From NCBI RefSeq assembly GCF_006345805.1, contig NC_043020.1, forward strand, positions 558,001-622,000: DNA of 64,000 nucleotides, written 5' to 3'. Position 1 is the first letter of the stretch; every line of letters starts with the position of its first letter. Made by a program: the position numbers and the translations under genes. Source of the stretch: Octopus sinensis (taxonomy: Eukaryota). The notes below the pieces were generated by a model, which ran no database searches, was not told the origin of the DNA, and saw only the letters and a list, made by a program, of their open reading frames with translations. Of this stretch, positions 49,310 to 63,109 are shown piece by piece.

Positions 49310-49555
49310 TATATGATCTGGGAGAGTTTCTACAGCTGGATGCCCTTCCTAACGTCAACCACTCCGAGAGTGTAGAGGGTGCTTTTTATGTGCCATGGGC
49401 ATGGGGGCCAGTCAGGCGGTACTGGCAACAACCTCGCTCGAATCTTTTTACACATGCCACCAGCACAGGTGCCAGTAAGGTGACACTGGTAACGATCACA
49501 CTCAAATGGTGCCTTTTACGAGCCACCGGCACGGAAGCCACTTAGCCTCTCTGGC
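49310..49555 (-). mobile_element. SINE family C internal fragment
   Basis: gtttctacagctggatgcccttcctaacgtcaaccactccgagagtgtag..ttttatgtgcc. Confidence 0.78.
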
Positions 49556-49679
49556 AAGTTACAAAGTACCATAAAACCTTATTAAAATATATTTCATGTT
49601 AATTCAATTAATTACATAAAAAAAAGATTAAAATAAATGTTTTAAAAAATGGGTGAATATATATATAGTTAATCCAAAC

Positions 49680-49880
49680 AAGAAAGCACAAAAAAACACA
49701 ACAACGTGAGGACGTGGAACAATTATAGTATTATTGGACACTCAGGAAGGAAGGGAAGAAGGAGGGTTTAACGTTTGGAGCGGAACTCTTCGTTGGAAAC
49801 ATAGGAGAAGGAAAAAATCCAGAGAAGGGAAGACAGAGGAAAACAAAATCGCCAACGGTACACACGCGGTCACATTTCTA
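49680..49880 (-). mobile_element. Possible Penelope-like element terminal-repeat fragment
   Basis: Minus strand tttccaacgaagagttccgctccaaacgtta is a decayed form of the ctgacgaag..cgaaacgt motif of PLE termini. Confidence 0.4.
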
Positions 49881-50259
49881 TATATATATAACAATCCAAT
49901 AGTTTACTGATAAGAATAGTTTTCCATTGACTTTTATTAAAATGTCTTGAATCCTAAAAGCAGTGAGTGGACATGGGAGTTGTGACTGGCTGTTGTACTC
50001 AAGTCTTTTTGGTGAATATTTGTGGCTTAAGTGGAGAGCAAACGGTTGATGTACTCAGCCTTTCTGGTGTGAATAGGGAGTAGATGGGTTCAGTGGAGAA
50101 TCAGAACTGAATTGTCGATTCAGCTCACTGGCAGTTGACAACATCTTTAACAATTCTTGTTACATGTGTACGAATATAGATGTGTGTGTGTGTGTGTGTG
50201 TGTGCTTGTGAATATGTGTACATACATACACACATATGTGTATATATATACACACACAC

Positions 50260-50343
50260 ATTTAAGCATGCATATGTGTGTATACATTTATGACTATGTG
50301 CACGAGTACATATAAATATGTCTGTGTGCTTTGTATGTGTGTG

Positions 50344-50380
<37 letters not shown>

Positions 50381-50556
50381 ATATATGTGTATATATATGT
50401 GTATATATGTGTATATATATGTGTATATATGTGTGTATATATATGTGTATATATGTGTGTATATATATGTGTATATATATGTACATATATATATGTTTAT
50501 GTATATGTATATATATATGTATATGTGTATATATATATATATATATTTATATATAT
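50260..50556. repeat. (TA)/(TG) compound microsatellite
   Basis: Direct reading of the sequence. Confidence 0.95.
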
Positions 50557-51580
50557 CTGCTATAGCAATATTCCTGCTGTCAACCACAAAGATTGTGGTC
50601 ATTTGTAGAATAGTGCCTTTGGGAATTTGGAATGGTTCTGTTAGATAAAGTAAAAGAATTTCATGTTTCTCCCTTGGACATTGCATGTTGCGAAAATATC
50701 ATTTACCATTTTAGCAAGTCATCTTTCAACTGCTGACATCCTCCAGTGGCTGTTATCATTTCTGAGATTCCATTCAATAAGCTTTGATGCTTCATCTGAA
50801 TCTCTGCCAGTAAATGGCATTTGTTTTATCTTTTGATTGTTCCAAAGAGATAGTCATATGTTCTGAAGTTTTTCACGGATTATCGATCCTCTTTGTGTAT
50901 TTCTATGCTTGTATGATTCTATGTGTGCCTATCTACATATGTGTGTGTGTGTGTGTATCTATATCTTTCTGTCTTTGCATTTGTGTGAATGAACGTGCGT
51001 ATGCGTTTCTGTGATATCTGTGTGTATTTCGGAGAATATGTAGAATTTCCTTTTGTGATCATTTCACATCAGGTGCTTTGACAAGAAATTTACTTTGTTG
51101 GGAATTCCAGATTAGAATACCGTGTGTCCTAACTTTTCATCACTACCGCTGAGAAAGCGTTAGCATGTCAGAAGAGCTTAACCAAGATCACAATGCCATA
51201 TATATTAAACTCAACCTAATTTTTGGCAAGACTTCCACTATCACTTTCATTCTAGAAATGTTTGATCTCCTGCCAACCAGTTAAATTTCAATGTAAGTTG
51301 TTTAAACTCTATTAATTTAGGACCTTCATCATGTAAACTCTTTAAAATTACCAAGACTCTTGGTTTAAAAAAAAAAATAAATAAATACAACAAAAGACTA
51401 CCGACTGCTGAGTAAAAGTGGTCAGCAGGTTTGCTTCCCAACCACATAGTTTTAGGTTCAGTCCCATTGCATAGTACCTTGGGCAATTGTCATTTACTAT
51501 AGCATTGGGCAAATCAATTCCTTATTATAGAATTTGATACATGGAAGCTGTGTGGAAGACAAGCGTCTATGTGTGTGTGC

Positions 51581-51616
<36 letters not shown>

Positions 51617-52171
51617 TATATTTTAGAAACAGGTGTTCTCTGTATATAGAAACACTTCAAAGTACTCAAGGGATTAGAACTTGAGCTGTTAGATAAAGAA
51701 AGCAACGAAATGCAAGCTGGGTACATCTTTTTACACATAGAGATACATTTAATCAAAAAGAAAAATGTAAATGTGTGGAATATTAAGAATACATAGTCCA
51801 ACTTACATAGATATCACAGTAAAGTCCTACAGCCATTTCGGGGGTCTTGGTGGTCCTGATATATGACAGATATTAGGGTCCATTATTGGATGACACTGCC
51901 TCTTTCTTCAGGGTAAAAATCTTGTATTAAAAAATTTTGCTTTTGCAATGATGGCATGATGGAAGTTAAAGATTGAATGATCTTATAGAGAGCTTTACTA
52001 TATATATATATATATATATATAACACCAAGTAAGTTAGGGGTTATGGATCCAACCCACTAAGGGATAGTATTTTGTTAAATGAATAAATAATTCAACATT
52101 CTAATATCCGAAAGTTGATGAACAAACTAAATTGTTTCTCCATTTTCTTATTTATATATATATATACTTAC

Positions 52172-52383
52172 ATTACACCATCTAGAAAATTACATATAAT
52201 AGAAATATTAAAATTAAAATAACAATAAAATGTCAATGATTAAGTAAATTGCAAAAAATTAATAAAAACATATATAATTAAAAACGTTTTTATTAATTTT
52301 TTGCAATTTACTTAATCATTGACATTTTATTGTCATTTTAATTTTAATATTTCTATTATATGTAATTTTCTAGATGGTGTAAT
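52172..52383. repeat. Near-perfect AT-rich palindrome: 98-bp arms, 1 mismatch, 16-nt spacer
   Basis: 52172-52269 versus reverse complement of 52286-52383; the only difference is aaaataac versus aaaatgac. Confidence 0.95.
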
Positions 52384-52589
52384 TTAATTGTTCATTTTGA
52401 ATTGATAAAAGGTGGGGTTTTTTCTAATTTTTTATATATATATTATATTGTGTGGAATTTGATTTAGTATTTCTAAATTGAATTTTTTTCCTTGTAAGTT
52501 TGGATTTTATTCTCTCAAATAATAATAATTATTATATATGTATATATATATCAAAGCAGAATGATGAATAGATGAATATGTGTGTGTGT

Positions 52590-52800
52590 TAGTGTTTGTC
52601 CTTGCCGCTGCTTAACAGCTAGTGTTCATTGTTTACATCCCCCCAAAGTAGCAGTGCAGTAGAATAAGTACCAGACTTCACAAAAAAAAATGAAAACAAA
52701 AAAATAAAAAGAAATGGGGGTCTGTTTGTTCGACTCAGCCCATCAAGGAGGTGCCCCAGCATGGCCACATTGCAATGACTGAAACATCTTAAGAACAAAA
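52590..52800 (+). mobile_element. Diverged SINE family A 3' half
   Basis: gtttgtccttgccgctgcttaacagc..gtgccccagcatggccacattgcaatgactgaaac. Confidence 0.68.
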
Positions 52801-53499
52801 TACAAATCTTGTACTGAATGCCAGATTTTTTTTTATCCTAACTTCCATTTCTGTCTCCTTTCACTTGTTTTTGATGCTACCAAAATGTCCTGATTGGTTC
52901 TTAAAGACAATTCTTCAATTCAGGAATTAGCCATTCTCTTGCAGAGTACTTTCTTCTTGGACTCTGCCCTCCATTTGTAAAGCGTTGTTATTTATAATTT
53001 TACAAATTTATCTATTTATTAATTTTTTTTCTTCATTTTTTTTTTCTTATCTTGTCTGCATGTACCGCTACATTTAATCCATGCAATAGCTGTCTGCACC
53101 ATTTGTAGTATTTCCTATGGAGATTATCTGTTAATCTTAACCTTTTTAGCATTTCGCAGCATCATCCGATAAAACTGACAAATATGGTTTCAAAGAAGGA
53201 ACAAAAACAATTTCAAATTTATATACAAATAAAATCACAAAAAGTAGCATATACCAATATATATATACACATATATATATATATAATGTATGTATAGAAT
53301 GTATAAAATCTTGCTGAAACTAAGAGTGTTCGTGATTGTTGTCTGTCTTCCCCCTTTTACTTTGGAGCAATATTTTAACAGATAAAAACACACAATAAGT
53401 GTCTTCTGTCAGAGTATTTAAGATGATTGATTAGTTTCTCTTGGTTTGTATACACATGCACTTTACCGTCTTCGTACTTTTCTCTCTCTCTTTCCATAT

Positions 53500-53506
53500 C
53501 ACATAT

Positions 53507-53552
<46 letters not shown>

Positions 53553-54004
53553 ATAAAGAAGGAGTGAGTTAATAAATATATGCAAACATATATATATATA
53601 TATATACATGTATAGATATGTTTGTGTGTCATACATTCATGTAAATATATTTGCACACACCTATACACATGACATATAGAAAGAGAGAGTAAATAAATAT
53701 ATACATATATATATATATACTCACACACATGTATTATACATCCATATATACACATATATATTTATGATATGTATGTGTGTGTATATATATATGTATGTAT
53801 TATACATATTTGTATAATATATATATATATAAAACAATATATATATATATACACACACATGTATTATACATCCATATATACACATATATTTATAATCTTT
53901 ATGTGTGTATATATATATGTATTATATATATTTGTATAATATACATATATATATATGTGTGTGTGTCTGTGTGTGTATTTGTATAATATATATATAACAT
54001 ACAT

Positions 54005-54036
<32 letters not shown>

Positions 54037-54758
54037 TTGTTGCTTTCTGTCAGGATTGAAATGCTTTAATCATAAAGCTCTCCTTATTCTCTCAATATTT
54101 TTTATGTGTCCTTTTTTCCTATAGAGTTATTTACTTAATTTTTATTCCTTCCTCACATTCATTTTTCCTTTTCTTTTCATTACTTTTTTTTCTTTAATTC
54201 TGCCATTATTATTATTATTATTATCATTATTATTATTATTAATATTATTATTATTATTATCATTATTATTATTATTAATATTATTATTATTATTTTCTTT
54301 TACCCAATTATTTGCTTTCTATTTAAAAGAATGGATAAACTTACCTAACCTCTATGCCTTCATATAAAAATCCTGAAAGACTTATGGAAAAAAAATATTG
54401 TAAATGCTGGCGTTGGGTGTTTGGTGGTAGAGGATGCTAGGTGTTGGGCATGGACGGTAACGGCGATATATTTACATTGTATAATCCGTTCACATACATG
54501 AGGTGTGAATATTTTATCTATATAGTACATACATGTGACTATATTCATGCATATATACGCACAAATACATGCATACATCTCATTGCATTCAGTATTTATT
54601 TATATATATACATACACATATATAATGTAAGTGCGCATATTATATGTGTGTGTGTATGTATACACACACATATGAAATACACACATGTATTTATGTATAT
54701 ATGCATTTATATATGCAAATATATATATATATGATTATGATGATGATGATATATATAC

Positions 54759-54803
<45 letters not shown>

Positions 54804-54814
54804 GATGATGATGA

Positions 54815-54877
<63 letters not shown>

Positions 54878-54956
54878 GTGCACATATGTATATAAAGTGT
54901 ATGTATATATATATTATGCATACTTATGTGTTTATGTCTGAAAATATATATGTGTA

Positions 54957-54991
<35 letters not shown>

Positions 54992-55073
54992 TATGTGCAC
55001 ATATGTATATAAAGTGTATGTATATATATATTATGCATACTTATGTGTTTATGTCTGAAAATATATATGTGTA

Positions 55074-55121
<48 letters not shown>

Positions 55122-55230
55122 GAGACATGCACGCACCTATAAGTGGACTTGCATCGATACATAGAAACCTAATTGTGTATGTGTGTATGTGTGTATATAT
55201 GTATGTATACACGCACGTGCATACATGCAT
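53500..55230. repeat. Microsatellite-dominated zone with 130-bp and 117-bp tandem duplications and an (ATT)n tract
   Basis: Duplicated units start at 53722/53852 and 54874/54991; (ATT)n at about 54205-54295. Confidence 0.88.
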
Positions 55231-56418
55231 ACATATATAATAAACTGTAACAAATTGATTGGTAAAGACGGGATTTAGAAATGCTTGCTTCATTCAGCAC
55301 ACCATGTTGATTCATAGTGAACGGGGCAATTGAATCCCACATGTCAAATCTAGAAAATCAGGAGAGGAATAGCAATACAAAGTGTGAAATCCATTTGTTT
55401 TCTTGTTTGTATTTCTTTTTTTTTGTTGTTTTTTTTTTTTCTCATGAATAACACATGAATAACAAATGAAATTTAGAGATATAATAATATCACTCTTTTT
55501 CCCTTTAATTTTTTTTAATTTTTATTTTTTATGCTTTTTATTTTTATTTTTTAATTTTTTTTAATGTTTTTTTTTTGCTCACCTATCCATTCTTCGTTCT
55601 CTTATTGCCTGCGAAACACAAATAAAAACAATAAACCCTTAGAATATTCAAACAGAGATGGATTTGCTAAATCTATATAGTCATTCATTTCTTATTTGGC
55701 ATTCAGTTGTTAATAAAGGAAAGCTGAAGCGCTTCATTTTGGGGGTTTTTTCCCGTTTTTTGTGTTTTTCTTTTGTTACATTTCAGATCCATTTTTATTT
55801 TTCATTTTATTTTTTTTTGTTATCTGTACAGAATTTTTTGTGTGGCTATTAGCATGTGGATAGCATTGGAATTAGGTTACATAGCGTGGTGAGAAAACCT
55901 GGCCATTTTATTTACCCTGTGCTGTATTCATTCACTACCTTCTCTTTCTTGCTCTCTCCCACTCTCTTAATACATATATAAATGTGTGTATGTATACACA
56001 CATATACACACACACACACGGGTGTGTATATGCACAAATAAACACAGATACATATGCACATAGTTTGCATGGTAAAAAGCGCACCTAGCTAATGCTGTAA
56101 ATGGTTTGTGATATGCATGACATCTTGCTGTGAAAACCACAACAAAGAACAGCAATGAACGCATGGAAAAAACGCTGAACTCGACAAACAGCAGAACAGA
56201 AAACCTGTATAGGAGAGCAAGTTGTATCTCTGAATAAAAATTAGTATATGATAGGGGAAAGCTCATTTCTATCACAAGCAACACCTCAAGTGCTTGTAGT
56301 ATGATAAAATATACACTGTATATTTTGTAAAGTGGTTGGTGATAGAAATGGACATCATCGTCGTCACCACCATAACCACATTTCTATGCTTGTATGGAAG
56401 ATTATTAAGGCAGATTTT

Positions 56419-56832
56419 GGATCTTTTAGGTTTGAATGGCAAATTTTAACATAATTTCTAGGTAACTAAAAAATTTTAAACTTCGTATACTGGTAGAATG
56501 TGTTTATAAAACATCTTTTGCTCTTGGCTTTCTTGAGAAAATTCTATAGCTTGTAAGATATTTGTTGGTTTTTTTATCTTTCAATTGCTGCAATTTCAAC
56601 CAATCAATTACATCTATTGAGGTAAAAAAACATTCTGTGAATATGTCCTTCATTTAAGAAACAGATTGGGTTTATTTACATTTGTGAAGAAAAAAAGATA
56701 CCCTTCCCCCACCCCTAACCCTAACCCTAAAACAGATAGAAATGCAATAGATCGATACTAGGGTCATAATTATAGATGACAATTTCATATGACACCGCTA
56801 GAAAAAAACTGCCATTCAAACCAAAAAGATCC
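56419..56832. mobile_element. MITE with 23-bp GG-starting TIRs and 8-bp TSD, containing (CCCTAA)3
   Basis: TIRs ggatcttttaggtttgaatggca / tgccattcaaaccaaaaagatcc (1 mismatch); TSD cagatttt at 56411-56418 and 56833-56840. Confidence 0.9.
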
Positions 56833-57293
56833 CAGATTTTCAATGGCCACATGCCCTCCCTGTAAACCAAGCAAGGTAATATTTCCCCCCACAGCCTGAC
56901 ATGTTTATGCAGCATACAGGAAAGGAATGACACTGCTTGTATTACAACAACACTTTCTCAAAGCCCTCATTTGATGTCAAGACATGGAGACACAAAGTCA
57001 TTCCTATCAACCCCACCACCAAAATGGTGTGGCATTGTCTGATGGTTTTTCTCCTGTTGTTTTTCATGTCGGATAAGTGGCACAACAAATTGTGAGATGC
57101 TGTGAAATCTACACAACTTGATGCCAGTATAGAAAAGCAGATGTCAAATGAAGTTGATTGCATGTACACACACATAAGTATACTTGTATGTTTAGGAATA
57201 AATATTTCTTACATAGAATAGATATAACAAGAATATTTCTTCATGTAAGAATTTAGCAAATTTTAGAGAAGTAATGTATGTTTGTTGCTTGTG

Positions 57294-57324
<31 letters not shown>

Positions 57325-58353
57325 CTATCTGTCCATCCATCGGACTGTGCACTTGTTTGTCCAGCCATTCTTCTATCTCCAAATATGTGTGTATGTATGT
57401 AGATATGTGTGTGAATATATGTATATGTATGTGTGTGTGTGTGTATATATATATGTATGCTTGTATGTATATATATATATGTGTGTGTGTGTGTATAATC
57501 ATTATTAGCAGTTTGTATCTGCCCTCCCATAGTTTAGATGGTTTTCTGAGGCATTGTTTTATGCCTGAAGCTCTTAAAGTCATCTCTTACTATTTGCAGG
57601 GTCCCAGTTTACGTACACTACAACTTGGATACACATGGTAAATATTCACCCCCTCACACACACACACACACACATATACAAACACACATGCATGTTTTCA
57701 AAATTGCAGTAGTAAAAAAACCAGTTCACTTCAAGAGGCGACTGAAGTTAACCTGTTAATCCTTTCCCAAAACTGATGTACTAATAATAAATTTAGTTAA
57801 AAATAGTGGCTTTTTTTCCAGCAGGAATTTAAGTACACCTGGACAGGATACTAGTATCTGAATCCAACAAATAATCTCCACTGCTTACATAAATGACTAG
57901 CACCATACTGTGTAACCTACTTATAAATAATTAGAGACAACAAAGTCACAGATTTATGGATGTAGCGTAGCATCAGTGACAAAATATATACAGACAGGCT
58001 TGCTAATCCTTTCTCTGTTTGTCTGATACTTTTATCAACTTTGCAATTTATGGTTCTTCAGCAGAGTATTAAATGATGGAAGAATTAGCATAGCTGTGAG
58101 CTGTTGCTGTAAGGCTGTTGATATTATCTTGTCAATACGACAAGAGGAATTCTAAATGAAGGATTGAGGATTTAAATTCCTCGTTACTACAAGGATATCA
58201 TTAACATCTTCTGAATATTTGCTTGTGTGTGTGCATGTGTGTGTAAAATATGACTGTGTTTTAGTTTTATCTGTTTATTTTATCACAAATTTTTTTTTTC
58301 CTATTTTTGTCTGAGTTCTTGTAGTTTCATTTGGAACCATAAAACTTCTAATT

Positions 58354-58614
58354 CAGTGATTCTCAACCAAGATCCACAAAACCCTTCGGGGCTCCATATA
58401 AGATATCGCAGTTTCAAATTTATGTGCAATGAATTCATTATACTTCTCCAATACACAAAGTATTTTAACAATTTTTAATTATAAAATTCCTAATAATATC
58501 TAATCATAAGAATATAAATTGGACTTTTTAAAATCTCAGATGTTTACTAGGGTCCAGTAGAGTAAAATAGGAATCAAAGGGGTCTATAGGTAAAAAAATG
58601 GTTGAGAACCATTG
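58354..58614. mobile_element. hAT (Charlie-like) MITE
   Basis: TIRs cagtgattctcaacc / ggttgagaaccattg; degenerate 8-bp TSD ttctaatt / ttctgaat. Confidence 0.72.
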
Positions 58615-58997
58615 TTCTGAATAAATCAGCATTTCTCAATTGTTACAGTCTCACCTTCAGGATGGAGTGATGTTGGTGCTGATTGTACTGTACTCAGTGT
58701 CACAGGGATTGGTATAGACTTTTCCATTGGAATTTGATTTATCCATAAACCATTGATATATGTACGATTGTCAGGTGGACATTTATTTTTTGTGTTTATT
58801 TTAACGTTAAGCTGTGTTATGAATATAGTTTCCATTTGTGCAAGGTGCCATGCACTGGGATTGAACCTGGAACCATGTGGTTGGGAAGCAAGTTTCTTAC
58901 TATACAGCCACGCCTACATGTTTAGCAAAATGAGAGAATCTTTATGTGGTTACTTACTTGCTAAAAATAACAGTCAACTTTCCCTCATCCCTCGTTG

Positions 58998-59180
58998 GAT
59001 CAGTTCTATCTAGGGCCGCTTCTTTCAGATTGGCTATGTCCTTTCCGGTATCCCTCTTGATGGTGTCAAGCCAGTGGGTTCTTGGTCGGCCTCTTCCTCT
59101 CTTGCCACTGACCATTCCGAGCATGATGTCCTTCTCCACGGATTTTCTCTGCATAATATGTCCGAAATATGCCACCATAT
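58998..59180 (-). mobile_element. RTE (BovB-like) LINE ORF2 C-terminal fragment
   Basis: YFGHIMQRKSVEKDIMLGMVSGKRGRGRPRTHWLDTIKRDTGKDIANLKEAALDR. Confidence 0.88.
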
Positions 59181-59224
59181 TACATATGATGTTCATTCCC
59201 AGTCTTCTGGAAATATTACTTTGC

Positions 59225-59358
59225 TTGGAAACCAGGTAAGGGTTGGTGTTTAGAAGGGCATCTTGACAGAAAATCTGTCACAACAGATTCCACCTGACCC
59301 TTGCCCAATGCAAGCGTGGAAAAGCGGACATTAAATGATGATGATGATGATGATGATG
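59225..59358 (+). mobile_element. SINE family C-related 3' fragment with (GAT)n tail
   Basis: gggttggtgtttagaagggcatc..gcgtggaaaagcggacattaaatgatgatg. Confidence 0.7.
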
Positions 59359-60465
59359 AATCTGCAAGCTGTTACATTTACAAACTCTTGAAAACAACAG
59401 AAGTGGTGGGAGAGTGTAGAGCGAATGGAAAACTGATGTATAATTGGATGGATGGTGAAGTGTCCTCAAAGATATCAGGCAATAAGTGTGCTGCAAAGAC
59501 CAGCAGCGTCTGTCTCTGGTCTGCACTTGAAGACTTATGTCAAAATGTCTGTACAGTTACCTAAAGTAGCATTGTGCACTCAAGCACTTAAGTCAGTAAA
59601 ATTGCATTCTGATGAACATAAAGATTCGGTAAAAACTGTGAACTAGTGTTCTTGGTTGTAGAAGACAAAGAATGTAGTGTTGCAGCAGATAAATATAATT
59701 GCATGGACAGTATTTTGTTATCATAAAATTTCACAAATGACTCTCATATCATAGTCATATGGCTGGATGGTATCTTTTTTTTGCTTGTTTGTTTTTTATT
59801 TTGTTTTTGTTATTTTTTTGTATATTCTTGTTCTGACCTGTGTTTACTTGTGGCTTTTATTGATAACTTATGGTCCATTAGTTGTAGGAGTCTGTGTGAT
59901 TTATAGACTGAATGTTTAATTAATTAGAAACACACGAAGCAGCAATGATTAAAATATAGATGTAAGCAGTTATATTTAAACACTGTTTTGTATACTTAGA
60001 TGTGGGAAGATGTCTGCTGTGGATACTGTCTTGAGAAAGAAATTCTCCTTCAGACACTGTGTGTAAAAACACACCACTGAGTTATGAAGTCGTCAGACCA
60101 TAGGACACGTGTTTCTGTGTTGTGACATATCATCAGCTACATATAACAGATTCACTGTTCTTGTTTTAAACAGTATATAATAAATTTGCTGGTGTATGCA
60201 AAGTTTTGTGCCAAGCTAGAATGAATTAATTAGAGGCACACTAAGCAACAGCAATGATTAAGATACAGGTGTTGTCATTGTTGTCTTTTAAATGTCCGGT
60301 TTCCCATGCTATTGAGGTAGGTTTTCTACTGCCGGATGTTCTTATTGCCAAATCTTGTCTGTTTCTAAACTGTAAAACTTCCTCGTGGTCAGACATGTTT
60401 TTGCAGAATATTGGAAGTGGACATATTTATTTACAACAATTATACAATGTCTCGTTACAAGGAGG

Positions 60466-60660
60466 TGAAGGCACATGGCTCAGTGGTTAGAGTGTCGAGC
60501 TTACGATCGTGAGGTTGTGAGTTCAAATCCCAGATCAGGCTGCGTGTTGTGTTCTTGAGCAAGACACTTTATTTCATGTTGCTCCAGTTCACTCAGCTGT
60601 AGAAATAAGTTGCGACATCACAGGTGTCAAGTTGTATTGGCCCCTTTGCCTTTCCCTATT
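60466..60660 (+). mobile_element. tRNA-derived SINE (fourth head type)
   Basis: A box tggctcagtgg and B box gagttcaaatcc, followed by ttcttgagcaagacactt rather than a tRNA acceptor stem; a diverged relative lies at about 62790-62940. Confidence 0.78.
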
Positions 60661-61269
60661 CTTCAGCTATTGATTACAAACTGAAATATTCCATGTTCAT
60701 TAACCTACTAATTTATGGTGCCTAAGACCCAACCACTTTAGTTAGAGACGATGTCCTTAATGTGACCGTGCCGAGATGCTACATGCAGAATTGTTTTTGT
60801 TTGGAAACTGAGTTGTCCTCACAATGTTTGCACACTGCTTACATGAAGGAGTCCCCAGTTGAGCCACGACTATTGATTCTAAACTGAAATATCGCATGAC
60901 TGTTGTTTTCAAGCGCTTCCTTGCCAATCCTCTTCCTTTACTACATCATCTCTTTCATGTAGATTTCTCTGATGTGGTGCTGTTGAGCATGCCCACAGGC
61001 TTAATTTATCACATAGATATAGTTCCTATGTCATGCTGATTGTTCAGTGTGGTAGCAGCAGTACCAACAGGCACAAAATTGAGTATATCCACTGAGAGCT
61101 TTTTGGTGCATTCAAAAATCCCATACCCCACCACCCACTTTTCCATGACAAAGTTAGGGCTTGGAATCTTCCAAACAGACGCACGACATGTCACTTAGTC
61201 TAATTAGCCCTTCATTTACTCCACAAATGTTTTGTTATCAATGCTGCACTTCCCTGTATCGCATTTCAA

Positions 61270-61870
61270 CTTAACCACTTGACGCCGGTATTACCAGAAA
61301 CATGCGAGACACTGCTCCGGGTTTTTTTTTTTATCTAATGAGGCCACACATACACACAAGTGCCAATGAGCTCATGTCTATTTACATTCACCGTTACTGT
61401 AACATAGCGCCGTACATTTACGTCTACCGGTTTATGAAAACGAACTATGGGAAGCTATTTATCATAATATGATATGCACGAGTTATTCTGCTCAAGTTAA
61501 AAAAATAGCTTGCGTGTGGTGCAACTCAAAACACGGTATTATATGCATGTAAAGTATCCGCATGTCATTGGTCTACTGCTAGTCTCATGACTTGAACGTA
61601 ACCTAAAATAGCTAAGATAATGCACGGGACGGCGAGCGTGCGCACCTCAAGAGATAAAGTACACGATAGCAAATGTAAACATATGTCAGCCGCTAAAAAG
61701 TCCATGATAGATGTAGGGCAGCTCATTATCGTATATTTACATTAACCGCGGGTAGGCAAGCGAAAGTGTGATTGCATATTTGCGTCAACCGTTGTCAAGG
61801 TGTTGTTAGACTAACCATATATATAAACTATGCCATTTAAATCCAGAGCAACGCCGGGTATCTCTGCTGG
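61270..61870 (+). mobile_element. CpG-rich Helitron-type element; 3' end recognised, 5' end uncertain
   Basis: ccagagcaacgccgggtatctctgCTGG|T (61843-61871) parallels cccgagcaacgccgggcgatactgCTAG|T of the 3319 element. Confidence 0.55.
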
Positions 61871-63109
61871 TAAACCTGTGAAGTAAATTCTGGGATTCTT
61901 TTTTAACTTTCCTCATAAATAGAACACAGTAAATTATCTTGAATCTACCATTGACTTTATACTGTTCAGGATGTTGTACCCCTCTCTAATTTAGATGTCT
62001 ATTCTAGCTTGGTTTTATTCTCCGAGAAAGATAAAATGTCCCTAGCTAGACTTCTGTGCTTTGAGGGAGATTAAAATATCTCGTTCTTAGAATCCAGTTG
62101 TTATTTCCAAATACACGGAAGGAAAAGGATAAATTACAGAGATGAGACATTCTGTTCAAGGAGAGGCATTGAATAAAGAAAGCAATTCTATGACCTCTCC
62201 ATCTGTTCTCTAAACAACAGGGAGCTTATCTCGTATTTTAAATATTAAAATATGAAGCAGGTGGAAAAAATTACTATGAATATATTGTTGTTATGGCAGC
62301 TGCTACAAATGTGCAGTATTAATGATGACGTGTGTGGAATTGTGTGTGTGTGTGTGTGTGCATGTGTGTGGGTTTAGTTTCTTTTCTGTTTTATCTTTCT
62401 CGAGATGTTTTTGAGTTTGGCAAACAACTACAGCAATGTTTGACTTTTAAGAATAAATTTGGTTTTCAAATGAGTTGCTTTTAACACTTCAAGCTTTTTA
62501 TTTCAACCATTTCTTCGTATCAGTGTTCATGAAAGCACACAGGCGAGAAAGAGCGAAAGAGAAGGAGAGCGAGAGAGAGAGAAGGAAAGAGAAGGAGCGA
62601 AAGAGAGGAGAAGAAAGTCAATTTGTTATGAAAAAGAAATAAATAAATATAAACATTGTGTACTAAACGTTAATCTAGAACATGGTAGAATTATATTCCA
62701 TAATAACTAATGTTTTTGGTTGGTGCATTAAACATTAATCTAGAATTTGGTTTGTGTTCTCTGTACTTTCTTATATGTATTTAGAAGATGAAAGCTCACG
62801 ACCCAGTGGTTAAAGTGTTGGCATCATAATTCTATGTTTGTGAGTTCAATTCCTAGACCAAGGAGGGTGTTGTGTCTTTGGGCAAAATGCTTCATTTCAC
62901 ATTAGTCCAATCTACTCAGGTGAAATATGCACCAGCCAAGTGCCGCTACTATTCCCTGCCCCTCTCTCTCTCTCTCCTCCGGATGTTCTGTTGGGAGGGT
63001 ATATATATCGGCTCTCCTTTACATATACACCTAAAACAATTAGTAAAAGCATAGCATGTTATCAAATCTTACCTATTTGTTATGGCTGTAGTTTTTATCA
63101 TCATCGTGA

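Noticed and set aside
50560-50810. Minus-strand exon pair with a good acceptor and an IPKGT (P450-like) motif
   Set aside because: The splice phases do not join without a stop, and no ExxR, PERF or haem-Cys motif is nearby.
53066-53114. 49-nt minus-strand exon EILQMVQTAIAWIKCS, phase-compatible with exon A
   Set aside because: Weak acceptor, 28 kb away, and such short compatible frames arise by chance.
56120-56236. Plus-strand frame ending RRASCISE*, like a receptor C-terminus
   Set aside because: Short, bounded by an upstream stop, and without a credible acceptor.
56713-56730. Telomere or chromosome-fusion scar
   Set aside because: Only three units, and they lie inside a TIR/TSD-bounded MITE.
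59301-59646. Overlapping 64-87-aa ORFs that might be a terminal exon
   Set aside because: They start in a SINE (GAT)n tail, have no convincing acceptor, and match no known motif.
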